DNA of 63,613 nucleotides, counting the filler, from Dugesia japonica (lineage: Eukaryota): the NCBI GenBank assembly GCA_001938525.1. It is 6 parts of 6 records of this genome, joined end to end, with 100 filler letters (N's around TTAATTAATTAA, not from the genome) between each part and the next. Parts side by side here need not be neighbours in the genome. Positions count along the whole stretch, not along the records: positions 46,868 to 55,165 come from MQRL01615049.1; positions 55,266 to 63,613 come from MQRL01308641.1; 4 more parts are not named here. One strand, given 5' to 3'. Positions within the stretch are counted from its first letter, which is position 1; the number at the start of each line of letters is the position of its first letter. The position numbers were made by a program, and so were the translations under genes. Below the pieces are notes generated by a model. That model saw only the letters and a program-made list of their open reading frames with translations. It searched no databases and was not told the origin of the DNA. Of the stretch, positions 49,191 to 60,810 are shown in pieces.

Positions 49191-50606
49191 AATAAAGAAA
49201 GATGTATCATTTGGGCCTGAGAAAAAAGGCGTGAACGTTATTGAAGTAGCTCAAAACAATGAATATAAAAATATTAGAGCAGAGCTACTAGAATTACGAA
49301 TCAGATGTGAGAGAATGCAAGAAAGGCAACAAAATACTAATGGATATGAAATAAATACTAACGAAACCACTAATGTAGATTTAGATGCGGAAAGAGACGA
49401 CAGTAAACAAAAATCGATGATGGAAAATTTAAGGCATGAAATGGCCAAAGAGAATATAAACGAGCTTAGGTTGATACAATATTTGAAGGATATAATTGAA
49501 TATCCTATAAATTATCGCGAATTAAAGAAATTATTAATTCCATTAGTGAAAGTAAAAGATAAAATAGAGTTTGATGAAAATCAAAGAATAATAAATGAAT
49601 TGATGAAAAATTATAGCGAATTTGTTAAAACAAATGCGGAATGGCAGAAACCTATAATAATACAAGTTTCTACAGAACCTGGTAACTGTAACATAAAAGC
49701 TTTAATAATAAGCACACATGCGCTTACAAAAACTGAAAAATGGCGAAAGATAATAAGAGCCAAATGGCCGATAACACTAGAGGAAGATGATGAAATAAAG
49801 TTGTATTTTTATAACCAGGAATTAACTGAAAATGGAATATGGAATTATTCCTGAACATGACAGTCATATAAAGTCAAGATAGTGAATAGATTATCTGAAG
49901 GGCAGTAGGAAGCGATGAATGAAATATTGGATCTCCTTGATCAAGATATAGTAGACGAGATAAAAGACGAAAGTGAAAAGAAATACATCCCACCTAAAAG
50001 AATATTTACAGAACCAGATTCCCCAGTGGATAGTCAACAAACTCAAGTAATAAATAACAATCAACCAGCTCAAATGGTGAATACAAGTCAACCAATGCCA
50101 ACAAAAAATGCAGAATCAAAGAAACTAAGACATACGGACGAACCAGGTCCTTCAAATGAAGAAAATGTGAGACGATCAAGGGGTAGACCAAGAGCAAGTA
50201 AACCATCACCATTGTAAAATCAAGTAGTTAAACTAAAAGATATAGCAGAAACATTTGGTCATGCAAAAGAAAGAAATTCAAGTAATTTAATCCGAGATCT
50301 TATACTATTAGCGAATATTGAGCTTTTTGATGTAGTAAGAATAAATGAACGAGCAAAATTGATATTGCAAGATATGGAAGTTGTAAAAATGCGTGTGGAA
50401 GCAGTTGCAGAAACAAATAATGTTGATGAATATAAAGTAATAAAAGTTTTATTAAAAGATGGATTAGATTTAAATAAAGCACTCGTAGTTATATTATATA
50501 TGATAATTCGGTTAAAAGATGTATTAAAAGAAAGCCCCGTGCAAAGATTGAAGGTAACTAAAAATATAGTTTCCAGAATGATACAAAAATTTCTAAAAAT
50601 TTCTAG

Positions 50607-51836
50607 AAAGCAACTCCCACTATATATGTAACAAATTCTTCTAAAAATCTTATGAGATTTATTGGCAAAAGAGAAACAATCAAATGTGCAACAGCAGTAA
50701 AGAAAACCAACTATAACGGATTATATATATCTACCGAACTCATTAAAGCTTCTAAAGATCAAGTAGATAAATTAGACATCAAATTAGCATCATATTTTAA
50801 TAATAAACTTGACTTTGCATACAATAATTTAATATACCAAATGGAAAAATTATACGATGAAACAATATCAGGAGATTGTAAAGTAAATGGAGAATTGTTG
50901 CGTACAAAAATGGCATTAGCTTCTACTAATCCAGATTTAATAACTCCACTACTGTTCGAGGAAAAGGGAACTTTTGGGAGAATTATAGGCGAGGCATTAC
51001 TATCGTTTAAATGTAAAATAGCAAAGGTTATTTTAACAGATCACCCAAAATGCACAAATCAACTGCCAGTTATATATAACAATAAAAACGTCTTTCTATT
51101 ACCAGCGACACTAATTTTAACTAATGAAATTATAAACCTAAGGAAATCAACAAATGTAGTATTGTTTTCGACCCACTATACAAACTAAATGGCAATATTT
51201 GGATCACAGCTTCGGACCGTAAAACAGCGAAAAAGCCTGTCGTATTAGAAATGATGGAACTACAAAGACAAGTGATATTTGATAGGCAAGATGATATAGA
51301 AAATGCTGGTATATATACTCAAGAGGATAAAGAAAAAGCTAGAAAACATGTACTGTTCCCTATAATAAGAGAAAAAATAATATCAATTATGATCGACAGA
51401 CGATATTAATTTTGAGTCCTTATTGCATATGAATCATTATAAAAGAGCAATACAAGGTTTTATTGATAAATGTTTAGGTAAAGCACAAGCAATCGGTGGT
51501 ATATTCTCGTTTTTTCTACCAATATACTATGTTTCAATTCTATTAAAATTAGCTTGCCATCAATTAATATCATTAANACAATTACATTCAGTATTTGGCG
51601 TTACATGGAAACTAGCAGCATGTATATGTCCATTTATCGCAAAACATTTAATCATGCAAAAACACCAAGATAAAATAAGCAAATTAGAAAGACAAAATCA
51701 AACATACACAATGGATTTATCAAATAGAAATGAGAACATAGAATCAAACAATTATGACAATAAACCTTATAAATTAGAAACAGATAAACTTAACGAAATA
51801 AAATCAAACTCTGAAAACCAAACAGTAATAAGATAA
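50607..51836 (+). pseudogene. chuvirus-G/herpes-gB-like (class III) envelope glycoprotein, C-terminal half with TM
   Basis: C...LASTNPD...GTFGRIIGE...C..V...C.NQLPVIYNNKNVFLLPATLIL; after a frameshift at about 51137, CSIVFDPLYKLNG.W...AGIYTQEDKEKARKHVLFP.IREK; then TM-like AIGGIFSFFLPIYYVSILLKL...LHSVFG..WKL. Confidence 0.8.
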
Positions 51837-51896
51837 ACTGCACCACAAAAATAATATGAGATATGTGTAATAAAGGGAGATACTCCTAGACATACC

Positions 51897-52490
51897 ATGA
51901 TAATATCAATAAATGGATATAATATACCCTCATTGATAGATACTGGAGCCGCATGCTCAATGATTAAAGAGGTATTCTTTAACAAAAAACAANNNNNNNN
52001 NNNNNNNNNNNNNNNNNNNNNNNNNNNNNNNNNNNNNNNNNNNNNNNNNNNNNNNNNNNNNNNNNNNNNNNNNNATATTACTATAGAAAATGAAAATATA
52101 CAACACCCATTCCGAGTTGTAGATCAAGGGGTACAAGATTGTATTTTGTGGATGCATTTATTATCAAAATTGACAGGATATGTTATAGACTTACAAAATA
52201 ATAAATTATCAAAAGCAGCCACCGTAAACGATAAAAAAACAAATAATGATTTATATCTAAAATCTAACACAAAGATAGAATATTCATGTGAATGTATAAT
52301 GCCTGTAAAATTAGGGTTCCGTAGTGAAAATACTTATTTTTTCGAACTAAATAATCAATTAGAGAAATAATTTAATATATCAATAGTACCCGGATGCTTT
52401 ATACCAGAAAAGGGAAATATGCCCATAAAAATTGCTAATTATAATAATCAAGATGTTAATCGTCTTCCAGGAATGAAATTAGGTAAACTC
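51897..52490 (+). pseudogene. retropepsin protease plus dUTPase-like spacer
   Basis: LIDTGAACSMI and DCILWMHLL (ILG.D.L equivalent); downstream IPEKGNMPIKIAN....LPGMKLG. Confidence 0.85.
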
Positions 52491-52711
52491 TATATAAAAA
52501 ACGATTATTGTGAAAATAAATGAAATTACAATTAATAACAATAATCCTGTAAAACAAAAACAAATAGTAAAAAAACAAAATCATACCTAAAAAAACAAAG
52601 TTCTCTGAAAAAACTAAAATAACTAATAGTAACCTAACAGCGTGGCAACAACAACAATTACAGACAGTAATATATAAATATGAGGATGTTTTAGCAAAAC
52701 ATGAATTCAAT

Positions 52712-54527
52712 ATGGGTGAAGCGGATATCTTACAACATGCTATTGACACAGGTAACGCTAAACCAATTAAACAAAGGCCTTCATATAAATTGAGAGAAGA
52801 AGATAAGCGGCAAATCAAAGAATTAAAAGACAACGGAATAATAGTACAAAACTTTTCTCCCTGGGCATCACCGGTAGTGCCAGTAAAGAAAAAGGACGGA
52901 GAAATCAGAATGTGTGTGGATTATAGAAAATTGAACGAAGTTGCTAAGAAAGATACTCATCCTTTTCCAAAAATACAAGAGCAATTTAATAAATTAAGTA
53001 AAGCATTATGGTTCGCTATATTTGATGCTAACAAGGGTTTTTATGGTTTAAAAGTATTATTACAAGATAGAGAGAAAACTGCATTCGTAACAGAAGATAG
53101 TTTATACGAATTTACAAGAATGCCATTTGGTTTAACAAACGCAATGGCTTCTTTTCAGAGATTGATGAACACAGTCTTGATAGATGTGGAACGTATAATA
53201 GTATATATGGATGATATTCTGATCGCATCAGAACCATTTGAGCAACATTTGGTAAACATAGAAAACATGATGTCCAGATTACAAAAGGCAAATATAAAAT
53301 TGAAACCAACAAAATGTAAATGGGCGGAAGAACGGGTATTATTTTTAGGCCATATCGTCTCATCAAAGGGTTTGCAACCAAATTCAGATAAAATAGAAGC
53401 AGTAAAAAATTTTCCAATACCAAAAACAGTACAACAGCTACAAAGTTTTAATGGATTAGTTGGTTATTATCGTCGATTTATAATAGATTTTGCCAAAATA
53501 TCTGCTCCATTAGTAATATTAACAAAGGGATTAAAAACAAAAGGAGAAAGTAAGAATGTGATGATCACTAAAAAAATAGATGAAAGCTCATTGAAATTAC
53601 AAAAGCTATGGGAAAATAACCAACAGAAAGGCTTCGAAATGTTAAAAGAAAAGTTAATAACAGCACCTATATTGCGATATCCAGATTTCGACAAACCATT
53701 TATAATCATGACAGATGCAAGTGGATATGCCGTTGAAGCAGTTCTTGGACAAGAAGAGGAGAAAAACAAAGATTATGTAATCGCACACGCAAGTAAAATT
53801 TTAAAAGGAGCAGAAACTAGATATTCAACAATTGAAAAGGAGTATTATGCAATATTATAGGCATTAAAACAATTTCGACCATTTATTTACGGAACAGAAG
53901 TAACTATACGAACAGATCATAAACCACTTGAAGGTTTATGGAAAAACAAGGATACATCCAGCTGGATATTAAAATGGGGTATGAAAATACAAGATATGAA
54001 TATAAAAATCAAGTACAAGACCGGAAAAGCTAATAGAAATGCTGATGCCTTATCAAGAATTCCCAATATAAAAGATGTAGAGACAATAGAACTTATGACT
54101 ATAATAACTGAAGGTATAAACGATAAAACTTTCTCAGGTGAACAAAGAAAGGATAAAATCATCAAATCAATAAGAAATAATCTTAATGAAAATACTTAAT
54201 ACAAAATATACAAAGATCTACTCGTATACGATAACATGGGGAAATATTTATGGGTTGTCCCTGATTCATTAAAGCAGATGCTACTTCTCAAATATCATGA
54301 TGGTGCTCTTAGTGGACATTTATCAAGTAGAAAAACAGCATCTAGAATTTTACAACAATATGATTGGTAAAATTTGCAGGAAGATGTAAAACAGTGGTGT
54401 AAAGCCTGTTCAGAGTGTGCAACAAGAAAGAACACTGGGACCAAAACAAAAGTACTACTTCATCCCATGTCAGTACCAAGTTCACCAATGGAAATATGTG
54501 CTATGGATTTTCTAATCAAATTACCCA
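52712..54527 (+). pseudogene. pol: RT, RNase H and integrase N-terminus
   Basis: SPWASP, RMCVDYRKLN, RMPFGL, YMDD; TDAS, YSTIEKE, TDHKPL, NADALSR; HDGALSGH...CKAC; ICAMDF. Confidence 0.95.
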
Positions 54528-55165
54528 AGTAGGGGGATAGTAGTGCACGGGCCCCACGCACATAGCGCTGGGCAAGGGGGACCCCTCCACCGAGGGAGGC
54601 TCGGAAACACATTACAATGAGCTGCGTTTTTTTAAATCGATAATTATTGATTATCGATTTTTGATCTGATTGATTATCGATTTTTGATATGATCATTTTT
54701 TTTGATCGGATCAGATTTTTTTGATCAGATCAATTTTTTTAGATCGGATCAGTTTTTTTAATCTTTTTTTTTACCTTTTTTTTATTTTTTTTTACCTTTT
54801 ATTTTACCTTTTTTTTAAGAGTGAATTTTTTTTTTAATTGTTTTTTTTTGTTTTAATAATTAAACATTTTTGTTTTAATTAATACTAGAATTTTGTTGGT
54901 AATTAAAAAATTTTTTTTGTGAGAAGAATTTATATTTATGTATTCTTGATATTTTGGATGCGAAGTATTTATATTTTGCATAGAATGGGAGGAAATCTTT
55001 TAAATATAATTAAATTTAATTAAATTAAATAAATTAAATAAATTAAATAAATTAAATAAATTAAATAAATTTATTTATGCATGGTATAGGCAGTCTCTCT
55101 ATTTATGCATGGTATGGGTAGTCTCTATATTTATGTATGAGATGGGGCAGTCTTGATATTTTTAA
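54528..55165 (+). mobile_element. Maverick-type TIR inserted into the Gypsy integrase
   Basis: Begins AGTAGGGGGATAGTAGTGCACGG..CCACGCACA (compare 23693 and 29157), followed by GATC/T-rich short tandem repeats and (TAAAT)n; other end lost at the linker. Confidence 0.65.
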
Positions 55166-56085
55166 NNNNNNNNNNNNNNNNNNNNNNNNNNNNNNNNNNN
55201 NNNNNNNNNTTAATTAATTAANNNNNNNNNNNNNNNNNNNNNNNNNNNNNNNNNNNNNNNNNNNNCTGTATTTTTGTGTATGTATGTTTATTCTATTTGT
55301 GTGTGTCATGTCTGTATGCATATGTCACTAACTCAACACGGAGATATAATTTGTAGAGAAAATAAACACTCGTAAGAACATTCATGGTATTTAAATAATA
55401 AGTATCACAGAAAATAAGGTAAAATATCTTTGTTAGCCAGATCTACTAACATCTTTTTTATACTTGGCTTTGGAGCATTTGTATATGGGACGCTTAAATT
55501 TATTTGAATGAATTGTTGCATTCTTTTCATCCGAGATCCTTCACTTTTTATACTCGCTTAGGCTATTATGGTTTATAGCAATTCCTCGTTTTTAATATAA
55601 CAAATGCAATAGTTATTTGTGTTTCCGAGAACTATATACAAATCCCTTTAGTATCTGTAGTTATTAATTTATTGATTAGATTTTTATCTTCCATTCTAAG
55701 CTAAATATTAAAATAATTTTAGCTTTTTTCCTCGCAAAGAATTTATTTAATTTATTTTTCTTCGCTAATTATCAATTTAATTTAACGTATTTTATTCTTA
55801 TTAATGAATTATTGACCATCTTGAATTCTCACAGTTTCTTTGTATTCTTGTACTGTTGTTTCCTTCCTTCATTGAATGCTTTCTCTTCTTATTCCCGTTG
55901 TTTCTTCATGATAATTCGACTGTGTATCTACATCTTTCATCAATTATTGTGCTCTCCTTCCTATTTAATAGTAGTGTTAGGCTTCCAGGCTTAACAATAG
56001 GTCTTCCTTTCATTATTGTTTTATGATCTTTAGAAACACAGTAAATAAATGATGGAACAGTAAAGAAAATTTACTTAATTTTCTT

Positions 56086-56150
56086 ACCTTACCCTCACTC
56101 TAACCCCTAATCCTAACCCGAACCTTTAACCATAACACCCTAACCCTAAA
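56086..56150 (+). repeat. degenerate (CCCTAA)n telomere-like tract
   Basis: ACCCTCACTCTAACCCCTAATCCTAACCCGAACCTTTAACCATAACACCCTAACCCTAA. Confidence 0.6.
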
Positions 56151-56339
56151 TTTTATGGATTCAAATAACGTCAAATATAATTTAGAATGCAATATATATA
56201 TTTATTTATAAATATTTTTACATCATGGCTTTTTTTAACCTATTAGATAAAAAAAATTCAATGGTCAAAAAATATTAATATTCATTTTAATCGATTTCTA
56301 TTGGCTGAAATTATTAAATAATAATTTTCTTTACTGAAC

Positions 56340-56970
56340 CAGTTCCATCATTTATTTACTGTGTTTCTAAAGATCATAAAATAATAATGAAAGGAAGACC
56401 TATTGTCAATACTTCTGATACTTCATCTACTTCATTATGCAAACTTATGGCAGATTATCTGAGACCACTATTAAGTTTTTTTCCGGCACATTTGAAAAAT
56501 AGTTATGAGCTTGTTGATCGAATTAAAAATTATAACAGGAAGAACGATGATCAATTTAGTTTATTAGATGTAACAAATCTTTATGGATCAATTCCCATTG
56601 AAGGATCTGAAAATGTCATCGATATTGTAAGTGATTTTTTGAAAGATATAAAGAACATAAAGACATTCCAAAAATGATTTCAAATCTCTTATCAATTTGT
56701 GTCTGTTCTCTGACGGCATTTTTATCGATGAACAGCTTTTTAAACAAAAATGTTGTATGACAATGGGTAACAATGTGTCTCCTATTTTAGCAATGATTTT
56801 TATGAACTTCATTGAAAGTAAAATAATTCTCAAAACTAATTAGATATATAGACAATATGTTCTTTGTTACTAATTCTCCTTTAGAAAATATTTTAGAACT
56901 AGCCAATAGTTTTAATGATAACATCAAATTCACTTTAAAGAAGTCAATCGACTTTCAGATTCCTTTGATA
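56340..56970 (+). mobile_element. Penelope-like reverse transcriptase relic
   Basis: KDHK..KGRPIVN, LLDVTNLYGSIP, FKQK..MGNNVSPILA, RYIDN, NIKFT; an inverted copy of its first 65 bp lies at about 55993-56060. Confidence 0.88.
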
Positions 56971-57344
56971 CAACCTAAAATCTGCGTCCAAATACTATGT
57001 ACATAACAAATTGTTAGATATTGAAGAGGTTTTCTACAATGATAAATTATGATACTATATACGTCATAATTCGAAGCGTTTATTAAGCTAAATTACTTCT
57101 TAGAACTAAAATAAATTATGTGTTCTTTAAGATTAAAGAGATCTATTAACTATATAATTGTAATTGATGAATTATCGATGGTATCATCATCCATAAGGTG
57201 TACAATATATATTATTTTAAAATAATCAAAATATCTAGAATTAAAATTGTCAATTTTATTCAATTAGTAACTGTAAATGTTAGATATATAATAAAAATGA
57301 ATCTAGTTTAAAATTTATTATTAAGCAAGAATTACTCTTCAAAG

Positions 57345-57573
57345 TGTTGAGATACCTTGGGGGAATTGACCAAGATAAGTCAACAATGCGTGAGTTTAAT
57401 ATTCAATTAATTGAGAAAATCCCAATATATTATAATCGATATTAGATCCTATATATCCTACAATATTTAATATAGATACAATAATATTGATTGTAAATAT
57501 AGTATATAGTAGTCCTTATTAAAATAATGAAGTTTTACTTTTAATAAAAGTCTTTATTATAACCTAAATTACA
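57345..57573 (-). repeat. solo LTR related to the env-bearing Gypsy LTR
   Basis: Reverse complement TGTAA...AGGTATCTCAACA aligns along 47554-47776 with many substitutions. Confidence 0.7.
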
Positions 57574-58419
57574 ATGATACAAAATCATAATGACTGCTTA
57601 TTATTTTTGCCCAGTTGTGAATTGGAAACAATTCAAACTGTTGTATGGCTTGGTAATGGGTGTTTAAACTGAATTTATCAATAGTATTTATACTAAATTT
57701 GAAGGATACAACAGAAACCGTTAAATAAAATATTTACATAAAAGTTTTCAATATTCTCGTATAAAATTATTAAGAATTATAACAATAATTATAAATATTT
57801 AATATTTAAACGACAATTATTAATAAAATTGTCAAAAAATTATAAAANTTATCAAAATCAGTTTTAATTATAAAGTTCACGAGTTATTTACAACATCGAA
57901 ACACGAATTATTTACAATATAATGAAATTTCACATAAATGTTCGAATCACTAATTGTTCATATTTACAATATTCTAAAAATAAAATGTTGAAATTTTACA
58001 CAAGAATAAAATTTTTTTACAATATTATAAAAACAAAAATGTTGAAAATTCAAATCACAAATAAAAATTAAATTGTTCACTTTAGTAATTGATCAGATTA
58101 ATAGTCAAATTAATTGTTCACATTGATAAATGATCTTGGATTCTGATTGTTGTTCTCTGTTGATCTTGAGTTAGTTGGTTGAGGTGCTGGATGTTCTGAT
58201 TATGTTTATATGTGTGCATGTGAGTTGTTTTGAGAGTGTTCATGTAAATGTCAATTTGGCTTTTGGTTTTCCTCAACAAAAGTAATTATAACAAAGATTA
58301 AAGTTGAAATTTCTTATTAAATAGTTTATTATAAACGATAATATAAAAGATAAATGAAACCTAAATAGCATAATTACACACAAGTATAGATAACATGTTG
58401 AAAAATAAAATATAAACGG

Positions 58420-58870
58420 GCGCCTCACCGGAACTCATAATTTTATTTTCTTGGTGCATCTTAATTAAGTGCTCATTTCTTTGTTCCTTGATTTGGTTTT
58501 AATTTAATTTCACTGTTTTCTTTATTTAATTAATATGTCGTTCTTTCAGTATTAATTCCATTTACTTGATTTTGCCCAATGAACTGATGATTATTCGTTA
58601 TCTTTCTTTTTCCTGCTACAACTTATATTACTTCTTTTCTTCTTTGGTCTGTTCTTTTTTGTGTGGTTTCTTGTTGTAAAGTTTGGGTTTTGTTGATTAT
58701 TTCGTTAGTTTTAGCTACCACTCTTGGTTTTCTTCTAATTATCTCTTCCTTTCACTGAATTATGTTCTTCTTAGGTCCGAGTGCTTCGCTTTCTTTCCTG
58801 ACGACCATTTTTTGAATTTTGAATACCTATTGCCATTTTTATTTTCGATACTAGGTGTTTCATCCAAACA
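58420..58870 (-). mobile_element. 5' end of another TGTTGG-terminated Ginger-like element
   Basis: Starts TGTTTGGATGAAACACC; close match to 33650-33849; decayed K/E-rich ORF leading to LIKMHQEN (possible start of an integrase HHCC finger). Confidence 0.55.
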
Positions 58871-60633
58871 ATTTTATTATTATTATAATTATTATAGTAT
58901 TAGTATTATTTTTTTATTATTGCATATTTTAATTATTTGTAATGTCAGATTAATTCAATGTATGATAATCATTATATTTGTACTATCAAAGTGTAACTAA
59001 TTCATATTTTATTTATTTGTAATGTTATATTAAATAATTTTTTTTTTCAAAAGTTTACCGACATTTTTTTTAAATATAAATAATAATTTAAATATGGAAA
59101 AGATTTGTAGTTCAATGAATTCTATAAAAAAATGTAAAAACTTTCATGATTATCATCAGGTCAACGCATGTAGACCCTAACGCAAAATCAGTATAAATAC
59201 TGATTTGATTTAGTTAATTTTCAGAGAAAAATTAATTATTTGAAGACTCGTATCTCTGAGAGCGACAGTACTTCATTTAATTAAAATTTTGCGTTATAAG
59301 TTTTGTTACTATCAAAAATATATTTGTATGCATAACAAATAAATATTTAAAAAAAGATTATCATTTATTTATTTATATAGGAAAACAAATACACGATATT
59401 ACCATATTTATACATTTTGATTAAATATATTGAAAATATAATACTGTATTAACATAAAATAGATCAGTTCTGAAAGTAATATCAAACACCCTGAAATACA
59501 AACATTTTGTTATTCATTTAGTTTTAAATTACGAACCATAAAATCCCTTTGTTGAGTAGAAATACCCAACATTACAATCTACACTTTAATTTGCCAACTG
59601 CTTAAGAACAAAGATACATAAATATTACACAAGGTCAGGGATGTGATTCAGACGAATCCCGCAAAATTTGCGTATTAAACATTATGTTATTTTGATTACT
59701 TGACTTTAAGTTGGCAGCCAGACGTGAAAGAACACTGAGTCTAGGAACTAATTAAACTTATTAACCTAATAGGAAGTTTAGACAGGGATAAAGGAAGGAA
59801 TATGAGATATTTATCGTAAACTTAGTCACTCAGTATATCAGTAATGGACGAGAATTAGAGAATAAAAGACCACTTTTTGAGTCACCAATCTTTCCCAAAA
59901 AATAAGAACTAGGGCACTCGTTATAAATCTTGTTAATCTCTGTGGGTCAAATAGACCCATAAGAGTCATTATAGATAATGAGAGGTAGGACGATGGCGAG
60001 GTGTCACGAAGATCCTCTTCAAAATCTCCAAATTTTACTTTGATAATTTGTAGAATTATAATTTGCCTAAATATTGTAAATTAAGAAAAATTATTTTATT
60101 GAATAAAATTGTAATGGATCTTGAAAATTTTGTAAATTGAAAATTATACATTTATAATCATCAAATTTCAGAAATGTTCATTGTACTCATAGTAGTATTA
60201 GTTTAGCAGTATTTTAGATATTGAAGTGATGATAATTTTTTGAAAATTATCTCATCGTAAATTTTTAATGTTAAATATGAAAATAGACTTAAAATGTTTT
60301 ATTTGCTTTCCGTCATGAACATTTGTGGCATTCTTTTTTCAGCTTTAATTTGATTTCCAATTATCGCTTATGATAACATAATTTTGAATCTTTTTTTTTA
60401 ATAAAATAGATACTTAAGCTTATAGTTCTATAATTCAAAAACCCTTCATTATTAACGCTGGTTTCAAGATTTTTACTATTATTGCTATTTTTAAATATTT
60501 TTAACTTACTAACTTCTTTAAATATTCAAGAATTTAAGCGTTTGTTTAATAATTAATTTTTGTAAATAATTTTAATTAATATTTTAAATTAATTAAATGA
60601 AACTCGAAATAATATTTCTGAATTTCTAGAGTT

Positions 60634-60810
60634 ATGGATAATTATCGAGCACTTTTGTTTGGTGTCGGTGCGATTTTCTCTGCAATTTTAGGGAGTCAAA
60701 TGGTACATAATTACTATAAGCCCTTAGCTGACGTTGATGAAATATATAGGAAAAATCGAAGTGAAAGAAAAATTATTATAATTAAAGGAAATGAAATTAT
60801 TAATAAATAA
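60634..60810 (+). CDS. UQCC6: BRAWNIN/UQCC6 (C12orf73, sloth2)-like mitochondrial microprotein, 58 aa
   Basis: MDNYRALLFGVGAIFSAILGSQMVHNYYKPLADV...: hydrophobic helix followed by G(A/S)QxVHxYY(K/R)P; too short for the ORF track. Confidence 0.75.
   Translation: MDNYRALLFGVGAIFSAILGSQMVHNYYKPLADVDEIYRKNRSERKIIIIKGNEIINK

Larger units (their letters stand above)
47554..54527 (+). mobile_element. Ty3/Gypsy LTR retrotransposon with gag-X-env-pro-pol order, decayed and 3'-truncated
   Basis: 5' LTR 47554-47776, PBS 47781-47798, gag, unknown region, glycoprotein, then PR, RT, RH, IN in Gypsy order; integrase cut at 54527 by a Maverick-type TIR. Confidence 0.9.

Noticed and set aside
53112-54165. 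Antisense ORFs over pol, and ORFs spanning N runs elsewhere
   Set aside because: Shadow frames of real coding sequence or artefacts of translating gaps.
57345-57573. Candidate 3' LTR of the env-bearing Gypsy
   Set aside because: Opposite orientation, across a scaffold linker and too divergent from the 5' LTR.
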